NCBI GenBank assembly: GCA_965153455.1
Contig: OZ234493.1
Coordinates: forward strand, 28,076,213-28,140,212
Length of the DNA: 64,000 bases
Source of the DNA: Sphagnum compactum
Lineage: Eukaryota
Direction: 5' to 3'
This document shows positions 1 to 10,965 of the stretch, piece after piece. Below the pieces are notes generated by a model, which saw only the letters and a program-made list of their open reading frames with translations, had not been told where the DNA came from and made no database searches. The position numbers and the translations under genes were made by a program. Position 1 is the first letter of the stretch, and the number at the start of each line of letters is the position of its first letter.

Positions 1-1766
1 TCGACAAAACCCGTCTGGCTGGGTCTGATCACATTCGGGAGGAGGTCCTGTAGTCTCCTGGCCAATGTTTTGGCGAGGATTTTGTATAGACTCCCCAAAA
101 GCGTGATCGGTCGCCAGTTTCCTATCTTGGCATGGTCTCCGGATTTGGGGATCAGCGTAATGAGACCTTTGTTGGTCCATCCTGATGTCTCCCCTCTTCT
201 GAGCATTGCCGAGAGAGCCTGAAGCAGGGTCGGGGAGATCTCTTCTATTAGCTCCTGAAAAAATTCCGTCGGGATGCCATCGCATCCCGGCGCTTTTTCC
301 TTCGGCATTGCCGCGATGGCCTCCTTGATTTCCTTCAGTGTGAGTTCCTTTATTAGCTCGTCATTTGCCACGTTGGAGACCCGGGTCGGGGTGCTATTCC
401 AGCATACCTCCCGGGCTTCCGATGTGCCGGGCGCACTGGCCTCTGAGGTGTACAGGTGCGCGTAGAAAGACCGGACGTAGTGGGCCAAGTCCTCCTGTCC
501 CGTGATGTCCCCCCCCTCAGTTTTGAGCTCTTTGAGAGGCGTACGCTTTCTCCCGATTCGGTGGAAGTCGAAGAAAAGTTTTGAACACGTGTCCCCATAC
601 CTGAACCAGGAGGCCGAGTTGAGCTGGTGGTTCCTTGCGACCTTTTCTTGGAGTGTGTCGGCCAGGTGGCCTTGGGCCACTAAGAGGATTTCCCTAGCTG
701 GCTCGTCTTCGGGGTCTCTCTGCAGTTGGACCTCCGCCAACCTGATTTTTTGTTGGAGGTTTCTGACTCTGGCCCCCTTCGCTTTCTTTTTTTCGCGCGC
801 GATTTTGATGTTGCATTGGAGCACCCTGCCTGAGGCCGCCTCCAGCCAGGCTGGCCAGTCCGCGTCCTGACTGGGCGTGGGCTGTATACCTGTCCACGCA
901 TCGAGGAGGGCTGACCTGCTCTCTTCCTCTTTCAGGAGGGCTGTGTCGAAGTAGATGGCAGGTACGGGCGGGGCGGAGGTGCATCCCCAGATGGTGAGCA
1001 CGAGGGGTGAGTGGTCGGAGATCCTCCGGATTGAGGGGGCGGCTTCTATTCTCCCCCCTCTTGCATCCAGCTCTTGAGAGACAAGGAACTTGTCAATTCT
1101 GGAGACGGCCGACCCCTGGCCCTTTCTCCCATTATCAAAAGTAAAATCCTTCTTGGACATCTTCCTGAAGCTATCAAGGATCCAAGCATCGGTGAGTCCG
1201 TACTGGAGAGTCATTTGATGCCAGGCAGCTGATTCTCTCCTGTGCATTCCCCTTTGTCCGGCCGTGCCTCTGGTTCCCATTTCTTCGAAGTGGTTGAAGT
1301 CCCCTCCAATTATGGTGTGGTCGGCTGTGAAGTTGGCCTCGCTAATCTTCCTCCACAAGGGGGCCCTGCTTCTGGACGTTTTTGAAGCGTAAGTGTTTAC
1401 GATAGTTAGCTCTGAGTTGTCCGGGAGGTGGAGGGTTACGCATTGGACCCTTCCCTCTATTAGAATTTTGTCCTCCTTGACTAGTGGGGCCGTCATTCTG
1501 TCCACCAGGATGGCGGTCCCTGCGCTGGTTCGCTGAGAAGATCCCATTGGGATTCCGGGGTTCCCGAATGACCTTCCTTGCCAGAAGTCAAGACCCCTTG
1601 TCGAGTTGGCCGTTCCCTGTTCGTCCAGGTGGTGCTCTTGTATGAGCAGAATCTGGGGCGGATTCTGGAGGGAGGCCAGCCAGGTCCTGATGAGCTTTTG
1701 CTTGTTTGAATCCTTCCCCAATCCCCTCACGTTGAGGGAGACAATTGTTATAGGTCGTTCAGACAT
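1..1766 (-). CDS. LINE ORF2: AP-endonuclease plus N-terminal part of reverse transcriptase (partial, runs off the window)
   Basis: ATG at 1766 reads MSERPITIVSLNVRGLGK...ILLIQEHH (APE). The same frame at the window edge reads GLITLIPKSGDHAKIGNWRPITLLGSLYKILAKTLARRLQDLLPNVIRPSQTGFV (LINE RT domains 0-2). Its absence from the ORF track fits a frame with no stop inside the window. Confidence 0.92.
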   Translation of the reverse strand, partial: MSERPITIVSLNVRGLGKDSNKQKLIRTWLASLQNPPQILLIQEHHLDEQGTANSTRGLDFWQGRSFGNPGIPMGSSQRTSAGTAILVDRMTAPLVKEDKILIEGRVQCVTLHLPDNSELTIVNTYASKTSRSRAPLWRKISEANFTADHTIIGGDFNHFEEMGTRGTAGQRGMHRRESAAWHQMTLQYGLTDAWILDSFRKMSKKDFTFDNGRKGQGSAVSRIDKFLVSQELDARGGRIEAAPSIRRISDHSPLVLTIWGCTSAPPVPAIYFDTALLKEEESRSALLDAWTGIQPTPSQDADWPAWLEAASGRVLQCNIKIAREKKKAKGARVRNLQQKIRLAEVQLQRDPEDEPAREILLVAQGHLADTLQEKVARNHQLNSASWFRYGDTCSKLFFDFHRIGRKRTPLKELKTEGGDITGQEDLAHYVRSFYAHLYTSEASAPGTSEAREVCWNSTPTRVSNVANDELIKELTLKEIKEAIAAMPKEKAPGCDGIPTEFFQELIEEISPTLLQALSAMLRRGETSGWTNKGLITLIPKSGDHAKIGNWRPITLLGSLYKILAKTLARRLQDLLPNVIRPSQTGFV

Positions 1767-4258
1767 GGTCTGAGTGCGTTTGGGCGGCCGATTGGCCGAT
1801 CGATCCCGTGTGGTCAAAACGAACGACCTCTTGGTCTCCTTGATCGGTGTCCTCTCCTGATTGTGAGGCCTGGAACAGGTCCGATGGGTTTGAGGGAACA
1901 AAGGTCGAGAGGTCGAGCTTTACATACCTCCTCTTTTTTCTAGTCGCTTGAGGGGATGCCAGCAGACTTGCAGACGTGCTTTTGCGCGTCTGGCGGTCTG
2001 TGCTTGCGGGGCCCGTCTTGAGTAGTAGGCCGTGTGCCGGACCCGCAAAAACCACGTCGTTATTCATGCTCGTTATGGATTCGAGGGTCCTCCAGTGAAG
2101 GTTTTTTCTTTTCTGAGCGCTGATGCCGCTGAGGCCCGTGTTGATGTGAGCAAGAATCGTGCATTCCCAGCCTCCCTTGGCCTGGTCTTCCTGCCAGCTC
2201 CATTCGAGGGTGAGACGTCCCTTGAGGCTTAGGTTGAATCTGAGGATCTTTTCTTCGAGCTCCGATTCGACGCTTCTGGTAAGATCTTCAAGGGCCGACG
2301 CCGGGGTCCATTCCTCTTGGGATGTACTCATCCATCTGATGTGGAGTGGAAGGTTTGGCAGGTCGTTGTTTTTGACGTTTACCAGAATCTCCTTCTGGTT
2401 GTCTCTTTCCCTGGACAAAACCAGCCAGACACTTGTTCTGGCAAAATCTTGTCCGCCTGGAGGTACAGAGATACTTAAAGAGGTAAAGAAAGAGTTGTGT
2501 ACCTCTGAGCGGGTTCTTTTTCGTCTGTTCCCTGATGCGCAGTCTTGCGTTGGGGTGCGGGTCGGAGAGGGGGGGTGAGCTTTCCCGGGCGAGACAAGCC
2601 TGTGGGCTTGCTTTCTGCTCGCTTGAAAGACCCATCGCTCGCCCGTTTCCTCCTGAGTGTGCTTGGGGTCTTCTTCCTCTGAATTAATCATTTCCAATGC
2701 TTCCAATGCTGCGAACGGATTAGCGTTAGCGGCCAAGAGGTATGTCTGGTGAGGGTCTTCCGGCCTGAACCCAAAATTTGGTTGCTCCAGAGGAGGGACC
2801 TCAGGGCGAGTTCTGGCCGTTGGGCTTGGCTTGCTTTGCATGGGTCCTGGGGGGTTGCTGGGTCCACCATGGCCTGGTCAATTTCCAAGCTTCCGGAGGT
2901 GTCCTTTGTGCTTCTTGGTGCTGCACCTGCGTTGGGTGGAGCATCGGAGGAGATACGGATGTTGGTCTGCACGGGATGTGTCCCGGCATGCTCTTTGCTT
3001 TTCCTCGCATTTTGAGCTCGGAGCTGTTTTTCGGCTTGAGCATTGTTTGGATGAGGAGCTCCGGTTCTTCTTGGTTCCTTTCCATTCGCTCCCCTGGAGC
3101 TTGGGGGATTGGGTGGTGGCACCCTCTCCCATGGTTTATTTCTATTTGTGATGCAAGCCCGGGCGTGGTGGCCGAAACGCCTGCATTTTCTACATTGATT
3201 TGGGAGCCCAGAGTACAAAATTTTTTGCGCTATGGTGACTGTGTCCTCTGTGCCTTCCGCCATTGACGGGATCCTTATGTATCCTGGGAGTTTGGAGATG
3301 TCCCTGAGTTCTATTGTTACCATGGGCCCGGCGGGCCTTTTGATGTATGAGTCCGCCGCCTCGATCTCTAGGACCTCTCCGAGCTTACTGGCCATCAGTG
3401 TCAGAGCTCTGGTGTTCTTGAATTCCTCGTGGAGATCAGGGAATTGCACCTTGATTGCATGCGTGAGTTGTGCTTCGGCTCCCTGAGAGCTCGCGTCGAA
3501 ATTCGGGGCGTAGCACGAGAAAGAGAGGCTCAGTCCACTCCACTCCACCGCCGCTAGGCGTCTGGTGGCCTTGGCGCCCTCTTCTTCTTCGAACAAAATC
3601 TCGAAGTATCCCCTCGTGAGGAGAGTGATCGAGACGAGCGGGATCGGGAGGTGCAATTTGAGGCAGTCGAGCAGGGATTTGAGCGTTGCTCTGCCCCCTA
3701 GGGTCCTTCCAATGACAGTTCTTCTTGCTTTTTTGGCCGCGTTTTCCTTCATCATCAATACTAGGTCTATCGGAAAATTCGCCTCTACTTCCAAGCTGTA
3801 ATCGACTGGCGATGGCGATGGGCCTTGGGCCGCCTCCCCCTCGGGGGGGGCGGCACCTGTCCCGGTGCCTGGCTGCACAATCAGAGAGTGGGGCGAGGGG
3901 GTGATCACTGAGTTGCTCGAATTCTTTCGTTGCGAGTTTTTTTATTTCGGAGCTTTTGCCCTGGCGGCGGAGAGGTCGAACCTTTCCGTTTGCCTGGCAG
4001 CGGCGGTCTCCGAGCCCTCCGAGCTTCTTCCGAGACCTGCAGGTACAGAGGAAAAATCTGACTTGCGGGGAAGGGAAGAATCTCCTTTCGGAGGTACCTG
4101 ATGGGTGGGCACAATGCCCGAGCTTTCGGGCTTGCTCTCCCGGATTTTCGTCGCGACCTCCGGGGGCGCGAAAGGCGTAGTCGACCGTTGAGGAGGATCT
4201 CCTCGCGGTTCGCTATCGCCATCGCTCCTGGCCGGGGGAGCTTGCTCCTTCTTTCCAT
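1759..4258 (-). CDS. LINE ORF1 (gag-like, CCHC zinc knuckle), broken into three frames
   Basis: ORF 2688..3908 has a plant-L1 ORF1-like region (LTRGYFEILF..., IKVQFPDL...ASKLGEVL, YSGLPNQ) and the knuckle CRKCRRFGHHARAC. ORF 1759..2841 continues it and its stop overlaps the ORF2 ATG. A basic upstream segment starts at ATG 4258. The frames can be joined at homopolymers 3937-3943 and 2849-2854. Confidence 0.75.
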
Positions 4259-4471
4259 GAAGCTGGAGCCTCGAAAGATCTTGGGAAGCAGCCGAAAACG
4301 CCTGGATTGAGCTCGCGACTGCTCCTTCCTTGCTGATCGCATCCCCAAAGAAGGGGGAGATGAGCTTGGGGGGAACTTCGCGATACTCTGGCGATGCAAA
4401 AACAAAAGAGCCGTTGGCAGTCGGTGAGCTATTTCTGTCCGTTGGAGAGGAAGCGCAAGCACCGCGCCCCG

Positions 4472-4808
4472 CCGCGACGAGTCACAGAGTATACTATAGG
4501 GAGTAAGGTGGTGGCTTACTCCCGAGCCCGGGGTGTGGTGTGTCAAAGTGAGTCCGAGTTCACCCGTGGCTGTCCCAACACCAAAAGGACCCAGAATGAG
4601 TTCTAACCACTTTGTGTGGTTTCATGCAGGACCGTGTGAGTGAGTAAAGCTTGTCCATTCGTCCTTGTCTATCCCGGGACTTCTAGCACACCCCTCTCAC
4701 CCCCCTCTAGTGCTAGAAGTCGAGAGCGTGCTCCAAGTTCCAACTCCTTCCGCATTGCCCCATACTTGGACCCTCAAGCGGGTCCACGAGGAACTTGGGA
4801 GTGCGTCA
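4472..4808 (+). repeat. 5' LTR remnant (3' 337 bp)
   Basis: Ends GGGAGTGCGTCA like the 3' LTR. It is colinear with 11616-11952 and is followed by the PBS. Confidence 0.95.
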
Positions 4809-4810
4809 CT

Positions 4811-4822
4811 TGGTATCAGAGC
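4811..4822 (+). promoter_or_regulatory. Primer-binding site (tRNA-iMet type)
   Basis: TGGTATCAGAGC lies 2 nt after the LTR-terminal CA and is the canonical plant tRNA-iMet PBS. Confidence 0.93.
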
Positions 4823-4857
4823 TCCGGTGAGCTCGATCCACTTATTAGGGAGTTCCG

Positions 4858-7800
4858 ATGGCACCAAAGAAGTCCCGCAAGGTAGTCCAAGAGACCGTGG
4901 TGGAAGAACCCACCCAAGACTTGGATGTTCCACCCCAAGCCATAATGGGGGAAGAACAAAATGTTTCCGAAGGTGAGGAAGACCGTGATAGCCATGAGGA
5001 CCATGAAAATGAAGAGGAGCAATCAAATGCGGTGCTCTTCACCCCGGAACAATTGGAGGTCCTACTCAAGATGAATAGGCCAGATTTCGGTGAATTAGTT
5101 GCGGCCCTCAAGGGAGGATCATCCAAAGGTGTGGAGTTCAAGCCCGCTAGGCCCGGGAACTTTGATGGGGCCCGAGATCGAAAGGTTGTGGATGCTTGGC
5201 TTGCGGAAATGGAAGATTACCTCCATGCCGCCAAGGTTGGTCGGCATTCGGCCGTGGAACTTGCCCAATCCTATTTGAAAGGCTATGCCTCCACATGGTG
5301 GAGGACCGTGAGGTAAGAAGAGGGGAAGACCCATGGCTACACATGGGAATTCTTCAAGGAGCGTATTGAGTTGGAATTCATTCCCAAGAATTTCGACTAC
5401 ATTTCAAGATGCAAGCTTCGTGACCTTGAGAATGGGAGCAATGACAACTTGCGCCAATATGTGAGGGCTTACTCTGAACTCATGCTTGAGATTCGGCATA
5501 TGCATGAGTTAGACCGGGTGTGCCATTTTGTGATGGGACTTCCCACTTGGGCTAAGCGCAAGCTTGAGGAGAATTGGCCCGCTTCATTAACCGAAGCCAT
5601 CATGAAAGTGGAAGGCTTCTCGGATGTTGGGCGTGGTGAGAAGGCCGGATTCAAAAGGGATAGCAAGTTCCCTCATAAGAAGGCACGCCATGAAGGGGAA
5701 TGGAACCAAGGCCAAGAGACCTCAAAGGGGGAAAAGCCTAAACAACTCCAAGGCTTGGGTTTTAAACCCAAAGGAAATTTTGTCAAGAAGGGGGCTCCTT
5801 TCAAAGGGAGCCAACTCAAGGGAGATGCTAGTGGGAAACCAAAAGGAATGCTTCAATTGTAATGAAGCGGGGCATTATTCCAAGGATTGTCCCAAACCCA
5901 AATCGGGGAATGGGGCTCCTAAGGTAAGTGCCCTTTCCGCCAACCTAGTCCAAGGTGAATGTAACCGCCTTATTTTCTTAAAAGGGAAAGTTTCTAAGCG
6001 GGAAGTTTTATGTCTTTTGGACATAGGCGCTTCCCACAACTTCATAACCCAAGAAAGTGCCCAAAGAATGGAGCTCCGGTTGGAGGAGCTCAAGGCACCC
6101 ATAGAGGTGCACTTTGCGGATGGGATTCCCCATCCCACCAAGTTGCAAGCAAGAGATGTGCCTCTCCAATTGGGGAATTGGAGAAGCAAGGTGGACTTGT
6201 TGGTTTCCGCCTTGGGTGGAATGGATTGCATTTTGGGAATGGAATTTATCACACGAACAATGTGCTCATAGAAGGGCACAATAGGCTAGTTAGGATCCCA
6301 TCCAAGAATGGGATCGTGCGAGTGAAGGCACATGAAGTGCCTAGTGTGGGTGGGACCACCATCCACTTGATGTTGGGAAAGAACTTGGAAAAAGTGTCGC
6401 AACCCCACCTTGTCCAAGTGTGAGGGTGAAGCCCAACACTTGGAAAAGTTGGAGGTTTGGAGTCCTCCGGGACTCCCGAATGTTCAGAGCTCGACAGCAA
6501 GGGGCAAAACACCTCGCATTGGAGTGTTCTTGGTGTCATTGAAAAGGTCTTGAAACGTAGATATCGAAAATGGCCTCGCATTGACCATTTGGACATCTGC
6601 AGCCCAAGTTACGGGCAAAAGAAGGGCCAGGAGTCAAACTGGCAGTTTGACTCCCGACCACTAAAAGTCGGGAATCGACCCTTTGCCGACGTCGCCTCAG
6701 GGAGTGCGACATAGCGTTGGAAAGATCTCCACGAGGGCTACAACTTTGGTTCAGACCTCGTTGCGATCGGACTTCGGAATCGGGAGTTATGACCGTTCAA
6801 AGTCCCGGGAGTCCCGCCGGGACAATTTCGGGACTCCATTTCGGGAGTCCCAACAAAATGAGCCATTTGGATGTAGCCTCCGTGGTGAGCCGCAGAGATA
6901 ACTATAAGGGGGAAGGTGGTGGCTTCCCCCAAGTCCGGGCCGTGGTGAGTCAAGTAGTCCGAAGTGCCCGTGGCTTGTCCCAACACCCAAGGGTGTTCCC
7001 GAATGTGAACTAACCCATTTGCGGTTGGTTTTGGATGCAGATTTGTGCTTGATCTACTAGTCCATCTTCCTAGTCTAATCCTGGGGCTTCCAACTCGACC
7101 CTCTACCCCTTTCTAGAGTTGGAAGTCGGGAGCGTGCCCTTGGGTCCCCACTTTCCGCAACTTCACATTGGTGAACCTTCAAGTGGGTTCACCCCGGGAC
7201 CAAGGAGCGCGTCAAAAAGAATGTGGGGGAGGCTGTGGCATGTTATGTGTGATGCGGGTTTTGGATGAGTTTGAACCAAAGGAGGCCATCAAGGTGGTGA
7301 GCCCCCACAAGTGCATCAAGCAAGTGTTAGAGGAATTCCCGGATGTGATGCCCGAAAAGTTGCCCGATGAGTTGCCCCCAAGAAGACAAGTGGACCATGC
7401 CATTGAGGTGGTCCCGGGAGTGGCACCTCCCGCCAAGGCCCCGTATCGAATGAGTCATGAGGAGTTAAAAGAGCTCAAGGTTCAACTCGAAGAACTCCTT
7501 GCAAAGGGATACATCAAGCCTAGCAAGTCACCATATGGGGCGCCCGCCCTTTTTGTTCACAAGAAGGATGGGACTTTGAGGATGTGTGTGGATTATAGAG
7601 CCCTCAACAAGGTGACCGTGAAGAACCGGTATCCATTGCCTCGGATTGATGACTTGTTTGATCGACTTTCGGGAGCCAAAGTGTTTAGTAGGATTGACCC
7701 TACGTTCCGGGTATTACCAAATTCGAATTGCACAAGGGGATGAGGAAAAGACCGCTTGCCGCACAAGGTATGGTTCATATGAATTTTTGGTGATGCCATT

Positions 7801-10171
7801 TGGGGTCACCAATGCACCCGCCACATTTTGCACCCTCATGAATGACATTTTCCGAGAGTGGCTTGATGATTTTGTGGTCGTCTACATAGACGACATTTTG
7901 GTTTATAGTGATTCCATGGAAGAGCATGTGGAGCACCTTCGAAAGGTGTTCCAAAGGTTGAGAGAAAACAAGTTGTATGCCAAGTTTGAGAAGTGCGAGT
8001 TTGGAGTCTCGGAGGTGGACTTCCTTCGGCATAGGATCACCCAAGAAGGGTTGAAAATGGATGACCATAAGGTGAAGGCAATCTTGGATTGGGAACCGCC
8101 TAGGTCGGTTCCCGCCTTAAGGTCCTTTTTAGGATTGGCATCCTATTATCGCAAGTTCATCAAGAACTTTGCAAAGATAGCCGCACCTTTGACAAACCTT
8201 TTGAAGAAGTCATCCGGAACTTATAAATGGGAAGAGGCATGCAATGAGGCCTTTGAAACCTTGAAGGGCATTTTGGTGAAGGCGCCCGTGTTGAAGTTGC
8301 CGGATTTTGACAAGGACTTTGAGATCCATTCCGATGCGTCCGACTTTGCCATAGGAGGAGTCCTAGTGCAAGATGGAAGGCCGGTGGCCTTTGAAAGCAA
8401 GAAGCTAAGTGAGACGGAGCGAAGGTGGCCAACCCATGAGAAGGAAATGTGGGCCGTCATCCATTGTCTTAAGACTTGGGGCCATTACATAGGCTCCAAG
8501 GACGTGGTTGTGTGGACCGACAATGTCACCTTGAAGTACTTTGCAACTCAACCAAAGTTGTCATCAAAGCAAGTGAGATGGCAAGACACATTGGCTTTGT
8601 TCAATGTGGACATTCGGCATAAGCCCGGGAAGGAAAATGTGGTGTCGGATGCATTGAGTCAAAAACACCAACTCAAAGTGGTGTATGTGGGGGAAACAAA
8701 GTTCCAAAAGGATGTTCGACTTGGGAGCCGCCGGGATGAATTTGCCAAGGAAAGGAAGCAAGACATTCAAAAGGGGATCAAGTCCCACTTCCACTTGCGG
8801 GATGGACTTTTGTGGTATAAGCAAAGTCGGCTCTATGTTCCAAAAGGGAGGCTAAGAGATGTGCTTTTGAAGGAATGCCATGATGGGCCCCTTGCGGGTC
8901 ACGGTGGTGCAAAGCGCACCACCACATTCCTCAAGAAGTCCTATTATTGGCCCAACTTGAAGGAGGATGCGGAGGAATACGTGAAGACTTGCTTGACTTG
9001 CCAACAAAACCGGGCACTCAATAAAAAGCAAGCGGGATTGTTACGACCATTACCCATTCCGGAAGGGCCGTGGGAAAGTGTCTCCATGGATTTCATGGTG
9101 AGTTTGCCACCATCAAAGGGGTTTGATGCGATCATGGTGGTGGTGGATCGGTTTAGCAAGATGGCACATTTCATTCCTACCAAGGATAGTGCCACGGCCC
9201 AAGAGACGGGAAGGTTGTTTTTCACCCACGTGTTCAAGCATCATGGCCTCCCAAAGGACATTGTGTCGGATCGGGATCCAAAGTTCACGAGTAAGTTTTG
9301 GAGGGCCTTGTGGAAGCGAATGGGGTTGGAACTCAAAATGAGCACTTCATTCTGCCCCCAAACCGATGGACAAACCGAGAGGGTGAACTTGGTGATCCAA
9401 CAATTCTTAAGGAATTATGTGGCGGCGGATCAACAAGATTGGGTGGATCATTTGGAGTTAGCCGAGTTTTGTTACAACAACTCGGTACACTCCGCAACGG
9501 GATGCACCCCATTCCAAATGGTGACGGGCAAGTCACCAATTGTGCCCATGACTTGGGCCGCACAAGGACAACCTTTGATTGATGCAAGTGAGGAAGTGCC
9601 AATGGTCACACAACTTGATGAAGAAAGAAAGCGCTTGTGGGAGTTGGCAAAAGCCAACTTGGAAAAGGCGCACAAAAGGTACAAGGATTTCGCGGACAAG
9701 TCCCGACGAAAGGTGAAGTTTCAAGAAGGAGACGAGGTGTGGTTGAACATAAAGAACTTTCGGTTGCCCGAAGGGTTAAGTCATAAGTTTATGGGCCCAT
9801 ATGCGGGTCCATTCAAAGTGTTGGAAAAGAAACTTTCCGACACTTATAAATTAGAATTACCGGAAAACCTTAGAGTTCATCCCACATTTCATGTTTCCCT
9901 TTTGAAGCCGGTCTCCCGCGACGCCTCAAGGCCTAATAGAGAGCATCACTCAAGGCCTCCACCGGACTTAGTTCATAATGAACCAGAGTTTGAGGTAGAG
10001 GCCGTGCTCAAATCAAGGCAACTTAGAAGGCGAGAGCGGGAATACTTAGTTAAGTGGAAAGGCTACCATGCAATAGAAGCTTCTTAGGTCAATGAATCCG
10101 ACATGGAACATGCCCAAGAAGCCACAGAAGAATTCCACACTAGACCGGCAAAGAAGAGACGTAGAGCGTGA
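4858..10171 (+). pseudogene. Disrupted gag-pol polyprotein (gag, zinc knuckle, protease, RT, RNase H, integrase, chromodomain)
   Basis: Motifs: gag (PGNFDGARD...AWLAEMEDY...ASTWW), knuckle CFNCNEAGHYSKDC, protease [24 protein letters not shown] / MPFG / YIDD, RNase H DASD...E...TDN, integrase H-GH...CLTC and D,D,E with [11 protein letters not shown], and chromodomain EFEVEAVL...EYLVKWKGY. Lesions: stop at 5314-5316, frameshifts near 5848, 6255 and 7697, stop at 10085-10087, and a solo LTR at 6395-7214. Confidence 0.94.
6395..7214 (+). mobile_element. Solo LTR nested in the Gypsy pol, 5-bp TSD AAAAG
   Basis: Termini TGTCGCAACC...GGAGCGCGTCA. AAAAG at 6390-6394 and 7215-7219. Removing it restores the frame ...[14 protein letters not shown]... 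Confidence 0.95.
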
Positions 10172-10953
10172 TGAGGACATCACCTTTCTTTTAGAGGGGG
10201 AAAGTTACACAAATGTACCACATCAAGTTGCAAGTGAAATAAAGGCAAAATTTTAAAACTTCCAAGAGATTGCATCACAAACATAAGTGAGTATGATAGA
10301 AAAGGGGTTGTCAAATGGCATGGACAAATGAAACTCTTTTGCGTAAGCCCAAATCAAAATCGGACTCCTACTTGGGGGCTAAGAGAAATCTTGGTCCCAA
10401 AAGAGGAGGCAAGCAAGGTGAGCTTGCGGGGATGTACACATGCCCAAAGTGCATCCCGAAGGGTTGGTTGGTAGTGGCGGCCAATGCGGGAAGTCATGAC
10501 CCCGTTCGCGTACTATAATCGCGTAGCTTGGGACTTAGGCCTTTGCAAAGCCTAAACGTTGCTTCTCGTACCTTGATAGGCATACCTTTTTGTTAAGGCT
10601 TGGTTGTTGTGACCGAGGCGCGAGATTGGGAAAGGAGTCATGTCAAGTAGCTTAGGTCAAGATTAGACTTGACTTGAGTTCCTCATGAGGGGAAGGATGG
10701 AAAGTGCTTCCCAAATGAGGGCTTCGTCAATTAGGCTAGTTTAGGTCTTTTGACGAAGCATTTGAAGAGGGTTTTTTATGAGACCCTCTTGGACTTGTCA
10801 AAAGAGTGCTGGAAGCTTGGGGACGCCTAAGTTAGCTTGAGACAAGGTCCAAGCCGCAAGGAGTCGGCATTTGATGGCCAAGGATCCAAAGAAAAGCAAT
10901 TGCATTGAAGAAATAAATTTTAAGTGTCAATGAGGACATTGACCTCTTCTTCT

Positions 10954-10965
10954 AGTGGGGGAGAC
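10954..10965 (+). promoter_or_regulatory. Polypurine tract before the 3' LTR
   Basis: AGTGGGGGAGAC immediately precedes TGTCGCAACC. Confidence 0.85.

Larger units (their letters stand above)
1..4471 (-). mobile_element. L1-clade non-LTR retrotransposon (LINE), 5' portion; 3' end lies outside the window
   Basis: Minus-strand ORF1 with a zinc knuckle is followed by an APE-RT ORF2. The GC-rich 5' UTR abuts the truncated Gypsy 5' LTR at ~4471/4472. Confidence 0.92.

Noticed and set aside
274-3801. Numerous plus-strand ORFs over the LINE
   Set aside because: They are antisense shadows of GC-rich LINE coding sequence and carry no motifs.
3905-4546. 213-aa minus-strand ORF spanning the LTR-LINE junction, as a fusion gene
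   Set aside because: Its N-terminus (MTHHTPGSG...) is antisense LTR sequence from a non-ATG start and recurs in the 3' LTR ORF 11484..11690. It is a junction artefact.
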